From a virus (lineage: Duplodnaviria; Caudoviricetes): a stretch of DNA of 64,000 nt. The stretch spans positions 572 through 64,571 of IMG/VR virus record IMGVR_UViG_3300013126_000029; one strand, given 5' to 3'. The position numbers and the translations under genes are program-made. Under the pieces are notes generated by a model. It had not been told where the DNA came from, made no database searches, and worked only from the letters and a program-made list of their open reading frames with translations. This document shows, one piece after another, positions 18,727 through 28,615 of the stretch. Numbering within the stretch: the first letter of the stretch is position 1; each line of letters opens with the position of its first letter.

Positions 18727-19764
18727 TCAACGGGTTGCGGCGGCGAGGTAGTCGCGCGCGCGCGTCTCGGGCCAACCGCAACAGGTCGTCAGGTGCGCCC
18801 TGGCCGCGGCGGTGGAATGAAACTTGCGGGTGCCCGCGATCCAGTGATCGCAGTCGGTCACGTCGGCGACGTCGAGCACCTGGCCCGGCCGTCGGCCCGG
18901 CTTGGCCTTGGCGCCCTCCAGATCCTCGGGCACGGCGGGGGCCACGGCGGCGGCGGTCATGGCCTTCTGCCCCTCGGGCAGGCCCCGGACGTGGTCGGCA
19001 AAGCAGCTCTCGCCCACGCCGGCCGTCTCCGGGATGCCGTCGGCCAGCGCCTTGTAGAACTCGCCGAAGGGGGTCGTCTTGACCGCGGTCCCGCTGTGCA
19101 CGCCCTGGAGCGCCAGCGCGAGGTGATTCAGGAAAATCTGGACCGGGACGATCTTGCGCCCGCCCACGATCTGCGGGCGGCCCTTCACGATGGGCCCACC
19201 GGCCGAGCAGTGGACCATGTCCGGGGCGTAGCGCATCCACCCGGCCGCGGTGTCGGCGTGCTCGTTGACGCCCTCGGGCCAGAGATAGCCCTCGGCGTAG
19301 CTCGTGTCGTCCCCGCTCACCCGGATCTCGGTGAGTTTGCCGATGACGTACTCCTCCGGGCTGCGTCCGGCCTTGGCCATCGTCTCGGGGAATCGTTGGG
19401 GGCGAGACCAGTGGTTGATGTCGATCCACCCGCCCCAGCGGCGCACGCTGTCGTCGGCGTACTGCCGGAACGGCGCGGCGGACACCGACTCGCCTTCGAG
19501 GTCCGGCGAGGGATCGCTGAACCGGGCCCACAACCAGCGCACCTTGTCGGGGTGCGGGACGATGATCCCGTTGCGCGTCCAGACGTCGGCGCCCTCGCGG
19601 CGCTCTTTCTTCAGGTCCGGGCGGTGCATCGGAAGCTCGCCCGTCGCGGCCTTGAACGCCTCGAACCCGTCGAACACGGCCAAACGGCGCGTGTGCAGCT
19701 CCATGTCCACGTCGCCGTGGTGCGGGCTAAATTCGACGTGACTCTGGTGTGGGATCGCGTGCAT
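18727..19764 (-). CDS. Prohead (maturation) protease
   Basis: SDPSPDLEGESV, GWIDINH, YVIGK, SYAEGYL, CSAGG, NHLALA follow the HK97/Herelleviridae prohead protease pattern. Confidence 0.8.
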   Translation of the reverse strand: MHAIPHQSHVEFSPHHGDVDMELHTRRLAVFDGFEAFKAATGELPMHRPDLKKERREGADVWTRNGIIVPHPDKVRWLWARFSDPSPDLEGESVSAAPFRQYADDSVRRWGGWIDINHWSRPQRFPETMAKAGRSPEEYVIGKLTEIRVSGDDTSYAEGYLWPEGVNEHADTAAGWMRYAPDMVHCSAGGPIVKGRPQIVGGRKIVPVQIFLNHLALALQGVHSGTAVKTTPFGEFYKALADGIPETAGVGESCFADHVRGLPEGQKAMTAAAVAPAVPEDLEGAKAKPGRRPGQVLDVADVTDCDHWIAGTRKFHSTAAARAHLTTCCGWPETRARDYLAAATR

Positions 19765-19810
19765 CGGGCTTTCCTCGATGCCCGGCGATCCGCCATTGGG
19801 CCTGTCGGCG

Positions 19811-19840
19811 ACTCTACCGGCGCGATTTGAGCGCGCGCAA
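19811..19840 (-). promoter_or_regulatory. Putative promoter TTGCGC-N18-TAGAGT for protease-scaffold-capsid
   Basis: Same -10 (GTAGAGTC) and 18-bp spacer as the element at 51011-51040. Confidence 0.45.
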
Positions 19841-19848
19841 GGGCCTGT

Positions 19849-20067
19849 TCACCCGTTGGGCGTCGATTCTGCCGCTCCGCGCCCGAACATGACGCGCACC
19901 TGGAGCGGGAGCGGGGTCTCTGCCTTGCACTTCCCGCAGCGGGCGATGACCTGCCCGTCGCGGAAGTGCAAGGTGCGGGCGACGCTGTAGCCCTCGGCGG
20001 GCTCGTCACCCTTGGCCGCTTCCACGGCCCCCAGGCGCCACCCGCACCCGCGGCAGGTGAGATCCAT
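19849..20067 (-). CDS. Small zinc-finger protein
   Basis: MDLTCRGC...RCGKC; start coupled to the upstream stop. Confidence 0.6.
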   Translation of the reverse strand: MDLTCRGCGWRLGAVEAAKGDEPAEGYSVARTLHFRDGQVIARCGKCKAETPLPLQVRVMFGRGAAESTPNG

Positions 20068-20348
20068 CAATCCCCCCGCGCTGCGCCGCGCTCCAAGGGG
20101 TGCACGTTGCGGCGCCGGATGCCGTCGGGCGCCTGGCCGCTCTGATAGTTGACGCCGCTCATGCCGGGGCGCGTCCAACCGCAGGTCTGAAAGGCATCGT
20201 CCACCAACTCGAAGTGGCACCGCTCGACTCCGGCGCGGACGGCCGGGCCGTGGCAGGTCGGGCATTCGGTGGGCTCGTTGCGGTGGTCCACCTTGCGGAT
20301 GGCCTCGTGCAGGTGCCCCGCTGCGCAGCGGTACTCGTAGATCGGCAT
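20067..20348 (-). CDS. FmdB-family zinc-ribbon protein
   Basis: MPIYEYRCAAGH...ECPTCHG is the canonical FmdB N-terminus. Confidence 0.85.
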   Translation of the reverse strand: MPIYEYRCAAGHLHEAIRKVDHRNEPTECPTCHGPAVRAGVERCHFELVDDAFQTCGWTRPGMSGVNYQSGQAPDGIRRRNVHPLERGAARGD

Positions 20349-20644
20349 CAGGTCGCCCTCTTGTCGTGGTCGGCGTGGTAGGTCAGGGTCAGGGCGCGCA
20401 ACTCCTGGTCGATGGCCTGGAGCGCGCGCACGTCGTCCTCGTGCCAGTGGCGGGGATCGTGCCCGATCTGCCGCTCCATCGCCTCTCGTTCCTCGCGCAG
20501 GGCCTCGATGCGCGGCCCGATGACCCCGACCCGGTGGATGTGGCCGTGTTGCACGGCGCGGCGGCGCACGGCCTCGACGCGGGCGAGGTTCTGCTCGACG
20601 CGCTCTCTCGCCTGGCGGGTGTGGTCGGCGTCCATCCGCGCCAT
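20348..20644 (-). CDS. Small helical hypothetical protein (98 aa)
   Basis: ATG 1 nt after the stop of the giant helicase gene; coiled-coil-like. Confidence 0.6.
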   Translation of the reverse strand: MARMDADHTRQARERVEQNLARVEAVRRRAVQHGHIHRVGVIGPRIEALREEREAMERQIGHDPRHWHEDDVRALQAIDQELRALTLTYHADHDKRAT

Positions 20645-20645
20645 C

Positions 20646-23600
20646 TTACACCGGCGGCGCCAGGGGCGAAGCGGCCTCGTGCAGGTGTTGGCGGATGAGG
20701 TGGGCGAGCCCACCCTCGTCCTGGCTTTCGTCGTCCTCGGCGTACAGTGGTACGTGCAGGCCGCGCTTGCGCTCCATGCGGGCGGCGGCGTCATGCTCCC
20801 AAGGGTGGTCAACCTGGAACGTGAAGACGTCTGGGCGGCCCATGCGCTGCCCCACCCGCAGGATGCGAGCGTTTCGCTGCTTCCAGGTGTGGTAGGTGGC
20901 CGGCGTGTCGTGGTTGACGATCCAGCTCGCGCGGGCCTGGAGGTTGGCCCCGGTGGCTCCGGCGTCGGAGAGGATGAGGATGTCGTGGTCGCCCTGGTCG
21001 AACGCCTCGCGCTTGCGGGTCTTGGCCTTCCCGGTGTCCTTGCCGGTGATGGTCTCGACCCGGTGGCCCTGCGCGCGCAGGTGCGCGGCGATCTGGGCGA
21101 CGGCCTCGTGGTTGTGGGCGAAGATGACCCCGGCGCGCCGGTGGGTGTCTCCGGCGGCGGTGCGCTTCTTATGGTCCTCCGCGCTCTCGCGGGCGCCGCG
21201 GGGGAGCGGCTGGGTGCGCAACTCGCCGATCAACTTGTCCAGGTGGGCGAGCTTGGCGCCCTGGGGGTGCATGTTGACGTGGCGATTGAGCGCGGCCTCG
21301 CGGAAGGTCGCCGGGCTGCGGTGGACGCGCTCGGCCACCTCGCGGGCCCCGGCCTCGTCCGTGGGGGCAAGCGATGCGAACGCGGTGGGCGCCAGCGCAC
21401 GGGCGGCCTCGACGTTGACCGTGCCGGCCCGCCGGGCGGCAGAGACCCGCTCATAGGCCCGTTGGGCGCCGTCCAGGGCCTCGGCCTGCTCTGGCGTCGG
21501 GTCGATGCGCTCGGTGCGGTAGTTGGGCTCGAAGGGCATGGGCGCCTCGGTCAGGAACGCCCGGCGGCGCAACTCGGCGCGGAGCGCGGGCCCCGCGGTG
21601 GTCGGATCGGTGCCGTAGCGGCGGGTGAACTCGGCGAGGCTAGTCTTGTTCGGTCCGTCGCCGTACTTGTGGGGAGCGACCTTCTTGAGCTGGTCGTACA
21701 ACTCCGAGGTGTCGTTCTTGACCGGGGTGCCGGTCATGTAACCGCAGTATTTGGCCAGGCGCCCCAGGCTGTCGATGACGCGGGCGAGGTGGCTGTCCTC
21801 CTTGCCCTTGCGGTTGAGCGCGACGTGCCCCTCGTCCACGGCCACGAAATCGAGGAGGGCGTGGGCGTCGTGCGCGGTCAGGGCCGCGCGGATGTGCTGG
21901 TCGGTCTCGTCCTCGCTCCACGGCTGCACCGCGCGCGCCGGGGCCCCCTGCACCGGGCGGACGTCGGCCTGCCGCATCTTTTCGGCCAGATCGGGGAGCG
22001 CCTGGCTGTGCCATGCCTGGGGGGCGTCTCCGGCCTCATGGGCGCGGTGGATGGCCAACTCGTGAGTTAGGCCGGCCACCATGGGGCGGCCGTTGCTGTC
22101 GAGCCGGCCGGTGTGCGCGGCGTAGCTGACCCACGCCTTCACCTTCTGGCCGTTCTTTCTGGCCGCGGCGAGACGGCGGTGGCCGTCGGTGACGCGCATG
22201 CTGCCGTCCTCGGCCTGAACGACCTGGATCGGGGGCGGCTCTCCATGCTCGCCGGAGCGGGCCCACTCGGCGTAACGGTCGGCGTCGTCGCCACGGCCTT
22301 CGGTGTTGCCCTCGACGTTCTGCTCGGTCGTCACCAGATCGGAGGGGTCGAACTCCTGAAGGTGCTCGACGTCGGACCCATACATGCCCCGGAAGGTGTC
22401 GTCCACCTTCCAGGTGCCGACCGGGTAGCTCGGCATCTGGGCCGGGGTCGTGCGGCTGCTCGCCCCTCCCACGTATGCGTTGCGGGCGGCCCTGTCGTAG
22501 TCGCTCTGCCGGACCATCTGATCGGGGCGTACCTGGGCCAACTCGCGCATCTTGTCGAGGTGGTCGATCTCGGGGGCCTGGGCCTTGACCTCGCCGTCGG
22601 TGAGGTGGGCGGCCACCTGCTCGCGGCTCATTCCCAGGTGCGTCGCCACCATGTCGGTGACGTCGTCCCGAAGGGCCTGGTGGGTCACGACGACGACGTG
22701 TTTTGTCGGATCGGCGTAGGCGGCCATCCGCTCCGCTTTACTTTCGCCGGGGCGGGCGTGCCAGCGCATATGCGTCGGGTTCACGAAGGCCAGAGCCTCC
22801 CCTCCGAACTGCCCCTGCACGATGGAAGGCACTGAGAAGACCCCGCGCTGCACGCGGCCCTGGCCCTTGAGGTCGGAGAACGTCCCGAAGGCGACCGTCG
22901 TCTTGCCGTTGCCCGTCCCCAGGAACATCCCGATCTTCCGGGACCGCTGCCACGCCTTGATCGCGCGCTGGCGCTTGGCGCCTGGCCCCGAAAAGTCGGC
23001 GGTGCGCGCATCGAAGGTCTGGCGCGGGTCGATGATGCCGGCGTGCTGGCTGACGATCTGGGCAAGCTGCCCCTCGGCCTGCTGCCCCAGGGTGTATCGC
23101 TCGTCCAGATCCGGCGCGCGGCGCGGATCGGGCGCGGTTTCGGCGGTCGAGGTGGTCTGGCGTTGCTCCATAGCCCGCGCCTGGGCCTGATACCGTTCGC
23201 GGGCCTCCTTGTACGGGTCGGCGCTGAACTGCCCGCCGCGCCCGCGGGTGCGGACGGTGGCCCCGGCGCTGTTGCGGAATCGTCTGACGCGATCTCCCCA
23301 GTCCGGGTCGAAAGCGAGGCGGTGTCCGGCGGCGCCGTCGACGGCCTGCACGCCGATCTGAAGCGGGCTGCGGGCGTGGTCCTGGTAGAGCGTGCGGAAC
23401 TCCTGCACGAACCTGGAGCGCACGAAGTCCTGGAGGGCGCGGTACGCCTGCGGGGCGCTCCCGTGGCTGGCGACGTAGGTCTCCCAGTCGGGGGCCTCGT
23501 AGCGGGAGGCGGCCCGGCGGGCGCCATGCTCGGCTGCGTCGCGTTCCTGGCGCCAGGTCTTCCACTGCGGGCTCGCCCCGTGGTGGCGGGCCTCGAAGGC

Positions 23601-26600
23601 GGCGCTCTCGGCCTTCTCTCTGGCGTCCTGGGCTCGGGCGAGCGTGATGGTGGCGGCCTGAGCCTGGGCGGCGCTCTGGCTGTACGCCTGGTGTGCCGTG
23701 CGCAGATCCTCCGGCGTGGCCTCGTCGGGCGCGTCGAGGCCAGCGGCGACGGACGCGGCGTGGTGGTGGCGCTCGCGGGCGGCGGCCACTTCGGGGTGCT
23801 TCTCGTCCACCGTGGCGTCTCGCGCCGCTGCCAGCGCAGCGGCGGCGCCTTGGGCGGCGGCGGCCTTGTCCTTGTCCTCGTCCTCGGGCGCGGCATCGGC
23901 GGCGGCGCGGGCCGCATCGTGTTTGGCCTGCGCTGCCTGAACGCTCGGGTGGTCCTCCTGAACGTGGCGCTCGCGGACGGCGCGGTAGGCGGCTTGGGCC
24001 TGTTGCGCGTGAGCCTTGGCGATCCTGCCGAACACGGCCTTTGGATCGGCCACGGCGGCCTGGGCGCGCTCGTGCTCTACGAGGGACTGCTCCCAGCGGT
24101 CGTTGGCGTTACGCGCGTCGGCCTCGGCTTTCTCGACGTCTTCGGGCGACGGCGTGCCAAAGCCGGCACCGCCGAAACCCATCGTGGGCATGTCGAACCC
24201 GAAACCGCCTTGCTCGGCTGCGGCTTCGCGGGGCGGTTCCGGGTGCTCGCTCGTCCACTTGGCCATCACTGTTTCGGGACGCAGCGCCTCGGGCATCTCT
24301 CCGGCGCGGCTGTGGAAGTAGCGGTAGAACGCCTCGCGCAGGCTGGCGCGCTCGTGGTGGCTCAACTGCTCGGTCGGCTTCCACGCGCCCACCGCGGCGG
24401 GGTGGCGCCCCAGGGTGCGGAAGGCGAGATCGTTGGCCAGTTCCGGGTCAAGCTCCTGGTGATGCAGGGTGCCGACCTTGCCCACCCGCTCGGCGTGCTG
24501 GCGGGCCAGTTCGGTGAAGTGCGGCGCGTAGCTATCGGCGAGCTGCACGGCGGCCATCTTGTCGTCGCTGCGCGATGGCATGTGCGCCTCGACCGCCTGG
24601 TGGAAGGCGGCGAGCTTGCCCTTGGCGGCGATCTCGCGGCGCTGCGCCTCCCATTCGGCGTGAGCCGGATTCGGACCCGGCTCCGGCTCGGGGTCCCATG
24701 GCATCCGCGCTTGGCCGTCGTCCTGCGCCGCCGCGGTCTTCGATGGCTCCGGGTGCAACTCCTGCCATGTCTGCACCTGCTGGCCCTGGAGATCGGCCTC
24801 GGACACCCCGGCGGCGATCCCGGCCATGTGCCCGCCGGTGTTCTGGAGGTCGAGCATGATGTCCACCGGGCGCCAACCGTCGTGCACCCGCTGGGCGATG
24901 TAGGTGCCCATCGCCTCGTGCATGTCGCCGTGCTGGGCGAGCGCGTAGTCAAATGGCTGGGCGTTGGTGGGCGCCTCGCCCTGGAAACGCTGCTCGGGGC
25001 GAACGTCGGTGCGCTCCATGAACCCGGCCGGGCGCCACTTCGGATCGTCGCGCTGGCCGGTGCGAATGGCCTCCATGTCGCGGTCGAGACGAACCTCCTC
25101 GGCATCGACCGGGCGAACCAACTTGCCGAAGGCGGCCGGCTCGACGGTCAGCCATCCGTTCTTGCCGTCGTGCTCGATGCGAAAGTCGCCGTCGTCCAGA
25201 CCCGTCGCGCGGGCGAGCCCGGCGAGCTTGGTGGGCTCGACCGGGCCTGCCGAGACGCGGATCGGGTTGGCGGCTGGGGCCATCATGGCGGCGTGCAGGG
25301 CGGCCGACGTCTCCAGGAACCCCAGGGTGCGGCCAAGGGTCTGCCGAGCCTGGTCGAGGTGGTCGATGCGCTGCTTGTTGAGGGCCTGCCACTCTCGCAG
25401 ATCGCCCTGATCCTGCATGCCCTGGTGGACCTCGTGCGCGGCCTCGTAGGCGTCGCGGGAGGTGTCCATGGCCTCGGGGATGTGGGCGTCCTGAAGGCGC
25501 AGGTGGTAGTCGCCGATGGCCTGGGTCAGGGCTTCGCCCTGCTCGGGATGGGTCTGGCGGATCTGCCAGGCGAGGAGCTTTGCGGCGCCCTCGGACCCCA
25601 ACAGGTCCACGACGTGCCGGTCGATGGTGGACCCGCGCAGGATCTCCTGGGCGTGATGGTTGACCGCGTCGAAAGTGCCCCGGCTCATGTGGCGGGCGAG
25701 ATCGGCGTGAGCGGCGTCCTGGTCCTCTTCGAGCATCTGGCCGATGTCGCGATAGGTCTCCTCGACGTGGGAGAGAAACGCGCGGGACCGCTGGGTGCGG
25801 ATCTCGCCCTGCACGGCGGCCACGACCTCGGGCGGGGGGTGGTCGGCGAGCTGCTGGGTCGGCTCGATGGCGCCGCCGCGGGGAGCTTCCCAGGGCTGCG
25901 AGGTGGCGGCGGCGGTGTCGCCGGCCATGATGGCGTTGCGGCGCCGCCGGGCCTCCTTGTCGAGGCCCCGCATCTTGAGCCCGGCCTCGAAGATGGCGCG
26001 GGCCGTCTGGCCGTCGGTCACGTCGAGGGATGGACCGTCGGCGGCCTTGGGCGGCGTCGCGTCGCCGGTGAGCACGCCGGACGCGAGGGCCTGCCGCAGG
26101 AAGGCGCGGCGCTGCGCGTCGGTGGCCTCCCCAGAGATCAGCGCCTCCTCGCCCAGTGCGTCGGCGGCCCCCTTCACGGCCGGCACCTGGTCGCCCACCT
26201 GCTCGGCGAGCTTGCGCAGATCCTCGGGGGCGGCGGTGCGCAGGCGGCGGATTGCCTGGGCGGCCTCGTGGGAGATCATGGCGATGGCCCGCGCGGGCAG
26301 GGTCTCGACGTGCTCTTGATTGAGCTGCGCCAACTCCGGCGCTCCGGCGGCCTCGCGGTGTGCCTGCTCGGTGCGCGCCGTCATCTGGCGCTCGCGGGCG
26401 GGGTCCATGAGCCCGTGGTCCACGGCGGCGGTGAGACCTCGGCGCACGGCCTCGTTGAGCTTCGGATCGGCCATCGCGTCGATGGCGTCCTGGCCGCCGC
26501 CGCGGACGGCCGCGGCCATGTCTTCCATCGCCTCGCGAGCGTCGTCGGGCATGGTGGGCGCGGTGTCGTCGCCTCCGGCCTCGGTGACGGCCTCCTGGAG

Positions 26601-28580
26601 GCGCCGGAAGGATGCCAGGCGCCTGCCGGCCAGCCGGGCAAAGGCGGCGATCTCCACCGGGCCGGCGGCCTCGATGTCGGCGTGGGTGAGCGTCGCGGCG
26701 CGCGCGTACCGCTGCGCGGTGGTGAGCGCGTCGAGCGGATCGCCGTGTTGCAGGTCGGCGTCCAGCCGGGACCGGAGCGCCTGCGCGCGGGCGAGATCGG
26801 CCTGTTGGTCGGTCAGATCGGACCGCTCGGGCTGGTAGTCGCTGCCGCCGCGCATGACCTGGCGGCCGGCCAGGTCGCTCGCGCCGATGCCGCCGTCGCC
26901 ACTCGTGGCCGGAAGCTCTCCCAGGCCGGCGGCCTCGCGGGCGTCGGTGTCCTGGGCCAGCGTCTTGCGGGCGTTGGCGACGAGAACGCGGGCCTTGCGG
27001 TAGGCGTCGGCCACGGCCTCCTGGTGGGCCTGCTCCTGTCCGGCCTCCGGCGCCTTCTCGATCTGGTCGGCCAATTCGTGATGCCCGGCGTGGCGGAGCA
27101 CCTGGACGGCGGCGGCCCGGCGGCGCTGCTGGTGCTGGCCCTTGACCTCTTCGAGGGCGTCTTTCTGGCCCTGGTCTAGCTTGGCGCTCTCGCTGGTGCG
27201 GCGGGCCTTGCGGCGCTCGGCGGCGGCCTTGCGATACTCCTCGGGCGTCTTCAGGTTCAGGCGACGCAGGTTGAGCTTGCCCCCGGCGCCCCCGATGATG
27301 TGCCCCTGGCGGGGATTGGTCGGGTGGACGCGCACCAGGACCGGCACGCCCTTCTCGTCGTGCCCGCGGGGGTGGACGGTGATCCAGCGTTCGCCGGAGG
27401 GCGCGGTCTCGCCGAAGTCGAGCTTCGGGACGCGGCCGGGCTCCTTGAAACCCTCGCGGTACTCGGCGATGGCCTTCAACAACTCGGGGTGCACCTGGCC
27501 GGCCCGCACGGCGGCCAGCACCTCGGGCTGCATGATGCGGTCGAGCGCCGCGTCGGTCCGCCCGTGGCGGTTGTAGTGTTCGAGCACGGCGTCGCCGGCC
27601 TCGTGGGGCACGGTGTTGACCACCTGCATGATCTTGGCGGCCCGCGTGCCCTGGGCCCACTTCTCGGTCGTCGCCAGCCGGTCGAGGCTGCCGGCGGCGG
27701 GCTCCGTGTACCCGGCGGCGCCCGCGGCGGCGGCGGCCTCGTGTGGGCTGTCGAAGGTCTTGTGTGAACTGAAGCCGTAGGGGTCGTATTCGCTGTAGCG
27801 CCAGCGGCCCGGCTCGCTCGCATCGGGGATCACGACGGCGTGGTGATCGGACTTGGGGTGCTTGAACTCCAAATGACCCCGGTCGAAGTGCTCCAGGGTC
27901 GCGTTCATCTTCGCCGCGGTGTCGTGGTAGGGCGAATTGACCTCCTGCAACAACTCCGGGTCGTCGCCGGCCTCCTCGGACGTGAACCCAACGACGCGGG
28001 CTCGGCGGGTCTCTGGGTGCAAGTGGACGCCGCGCTGGTCCGCCTCGACACGCTTCCAGCGGTGGCTCATGGAGTCGAACATCAGGCCGGGGGCGTTGGC
28101 GATGGGCCCGGCCTTGGCGCCCTCGGCGAAGACCACGTTGACCCAGAAGTCCACGGCCTTCGCGGCCTCGACCTGGAAGCTCCCGGTGATGTGGTCGCTC
28201 ATCGCGGCCGGGTGGAACGGCGTGTGCTCGCCGAACGTCTGGTGCCAGGCGTAGCGGCGGCGCAGCTCGTGCTCGCCATCCTGGCGCGTCTCCTCGGCGG
28301 CGGCCTTGCGGTATGCCGTCCAGGTGTCGGGGTCGTGCGTCACGCGCCCGGCGGCCCATCGGAACAGGGTCGGCCGATCCACTCGGCGGCCCATGTCCTT
28401 GAGCTGGATCAACTTCTCCAGGTCCACGGTGCGCCGGTCGTTCTGATCCTTGACCCACCGGGTCGAGGTCCGACCTCGGCTATCGGTGCGCCGCTCCTGG
28501 TGGAGCGACCCACCATGAGACGGATCGCCGGATGGAACAGGATCGTGACCGCCGAAGATGTTGAGCTGCGCAGGCTGCAT
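20646..28580 (-). CDS. Giant polyvalent virion protein with C-terminal SNF2/SF2 helicase carrying a ParB/Srx-like insertion
   Basis: 2644 aa. Helicase motifs LGTGNGKT, VDEGH, MTGTP, SDAGATGANLQ, QRNARILR. ParB-like VTDGHRRLAAA lies between motifs Ib and II. N-terminal shared motifs and an RWITVHP..G.PVLV motif. Confidence 0.85.
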   Translation of the reverse strand: MQPAQLNIFGGHDPVPSGDPSHGGSLHQERRTDSRGRTSTRWVKDQNDRRTVDLEKLIQLKDMGRRVDRPTLFRWAAGRVTHDPDTWTAYRKAAAEETRQDGEHELRRRYAWHQTFGEHTPFHPAAMSDHITGSFQVEAAKAVDFWVNVVFAEGAKAGPIANAPGLMFDSMSHRWKRVEADQRGVHLHPETRRARVVGFTSEEAGDDPELLQEVNSPYHDTAAKMNATLEHFDRGHLEFKHPKSDHHAVVIPDASEPGRWRYSEYDPYGFSSHKTFDSPHEAAAAAGAAGYTEPAAGSLDRLATTEKWAQGTRAAKIMQVVNTVPHEAGDAVLEHYNRHGRTDAALDRIMQPEVLAAVRAGQVHPELLKAIAEYREGFKEPGRVPKLDFGETAPSGERWITVHPRGHDEKGVPVLVRVHPTNPRQGHIIGGAGGKLNLRRLNLKTPEEYRKAAAERRKARRTSESAKLDQGQKDALEEVKGQHQQRRRAAAVQVLRHAGHHELADQIEKAPEAGQEQAHQEAVADAYRKARVLVANARKTLAQDTDAREAAGLGELPATSGDGGIGASDLAGRQVMRGGSDYQPERSDLTDQQADLARAQALRSRLDADLQHGDPLDALTTAQRYARAATLTHADIEAAGPVEIAAFARLAGRRLASFRRLQEAVTEAGGDDTAPTMPDDAREAMEDMAAAVRGGGQDAIDAMADPKLNEAVRRGLTAAVDHGLMDPARERQMTARTEQAHREAAGAPELAQLNQEHVETLPARAIAMISHEAAQAIRRLRTAAPEDLRKLAEQVGDQVPAVKGAADALGEEALISGEATDAQRRAFLRQALASGVLTGDATPPKAADGPSLDVTDGQTARAIFEAGLKMRGLDKEARRRRNAIMAGDTAAATSQPWEAPRGGAIEPTQQLADHPPPEVVAAVQGEIRTQRSRAFLSHVEETYRDIGQMLEEDQDAAHADLARHMSRGTFDAVNHHAQEILRGSTIDRHVVDLLGSEGAAKLLAWQIRQTHPEQGEALTQAIGDYHLRLQDAHIPEAMDTSRDAYEAAHEVHQGMQDQGDLREWQALNKQRIDHLDQARQTLGRTLGFLETSAALHAAMMAPAANPIRVSAGPVEPTKLAGLARATGLDDGDFRIEHDGKNGWLTVEPAAFGKLVRPVDAEEVRLDRDMEAIRTGQRDDPKWRPAGFMERTDVRPEQRFQGEAPTNAQPFDYALAQHGDMHEAMGTYIAQRVHDGWRPVDIMLDLQNTGGHMAGIAAGVSEADLQGQQVQTWQELHPEPSKTAAAQDDGQARMPWDPEPEPGPNPAHAEWEAQRREIAAKGKLAAFHQAVEAHMPSRSDDKMAAVQLADSYAPHFTELARQHAERVGKVGTLHHQELDPELANDLAFRTLGRHPAAVGAWKPTEQLSHHERASLREAFYRYFHSRAGEMPEALRPETVMAKWTSEHPEPPREAAAEQGGFGFDMPTMGFGGAGFGTPSPEDVEKAEADARNANDRWEQSLVEHERAQAAVADPKAVFGRIAKAHAQQAQAAYRAVRERHVQEDHPSVQAAQAKHDAARAAADAAPEDEDKDKAAAAQGAAAALAAARDATVDEKHPEVAAARERHHHAASVAAGLDAPDEATPEDLRTAHQAYSQSAAQAQAATITLARAQDAREKAESAAFEARHHGASPQWKTWRQERDAAEHGARRAASRYEAPDWETYVASHGSAPQAYRALQDFVRSRFVQEFRTLYQDHARSPLQIGVQAVDGAAGHRLAFDPDWGDRVRRFRNSAGATVRTRGRGGQFSADPYKEARERYQAQARAMEQRQTTSTAETAPDPRRAPDLDERYTLGQQAEGQLAQIVSQHAGIIDPRQTFDARTADFSGPGAKRQRAIKAWQRSRKIGMFLGTGNGKTTVAFGTFSDLKGQGRVQRGVFSVPSIVQGQFGGEALAFVNPTHMRWHARPGESKAERMAAYADPTKHVVVVTHQALRDDVTDMVATHLGMSREQVAAHLTDGEVKAQAPEIDHLDKMRELAQVRPDQMVRQSDYDRAARNAYVGGASSRTTPAQMPSYPVGTWKVDDTFRGMYGSDVEHLQEFDPSDLVTTEQNVEGNTEGRGDDADRYAEWARSGEHGEPPPIQVVQAEDGSMRVTDGHRRLAAARKNGQKVKAWVSYAAHTGRLDSNGRPMVAGLTHELAIHRAHEAGDAPQAWHSQALPDLAEKMRQADVRPVQGAPARAVQPWSEDETDQHIRAALTAHDAHALLDFVAVDEGHVALNRKGKEDSHLARVIDSLGRLAKYCGYMTGTPVKNDTSELYDQLKKVAPHKYGDGPNKTSLAEFTRRYGTDPTTAGPALRAELRRRAFLTEAPMPFEPNYRTERIDPTPEQAEALDGAQRAYERVSAARRAGTVNVEAARALAPTAFASLAPTDEAGAREVAERVHRSPATFREAALNRHVNMHPQGAKLAHLDKLIGELRTQPLPRGARESAEDHKKRTAAGDTHRRAGVIFAHNHEAVAQIAAHLRAQGHRVETITGKDTGKAKTRKREAFDQGDHDILILSDAGATGANLQARASWIVNHDTPATYHTWKQRNARILRVGQRMGRPDVFTFQVDHPWEHDAAARMERKRGLHVPLYAEDDESQDEGGLAHLIRQHLHEAASPLAPPV

Positions 28581-28586
28581 GCGGTT

Positions 28587-28615
28587 GTTCTACCGCGCGC
28601 GGCCCGCTCGCTCAA
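28587..28615 (-). promoter_or_regulatory. Putative promoter TTGAGC-N17-TAGAAC (possibly leaderless transcript)
   Basis: -10 ends 6 nt before the ATG at 28580; no SD sequence is visible. Confidence 0.35.

Noticed and set aside
21920-22590. Possible intein in the helicase
   Set aside because: No N-terminal Cys/Ser block, no C-terminal His-Asn, no LAGLIDADG. The insert carries a ParB-like motif instead.
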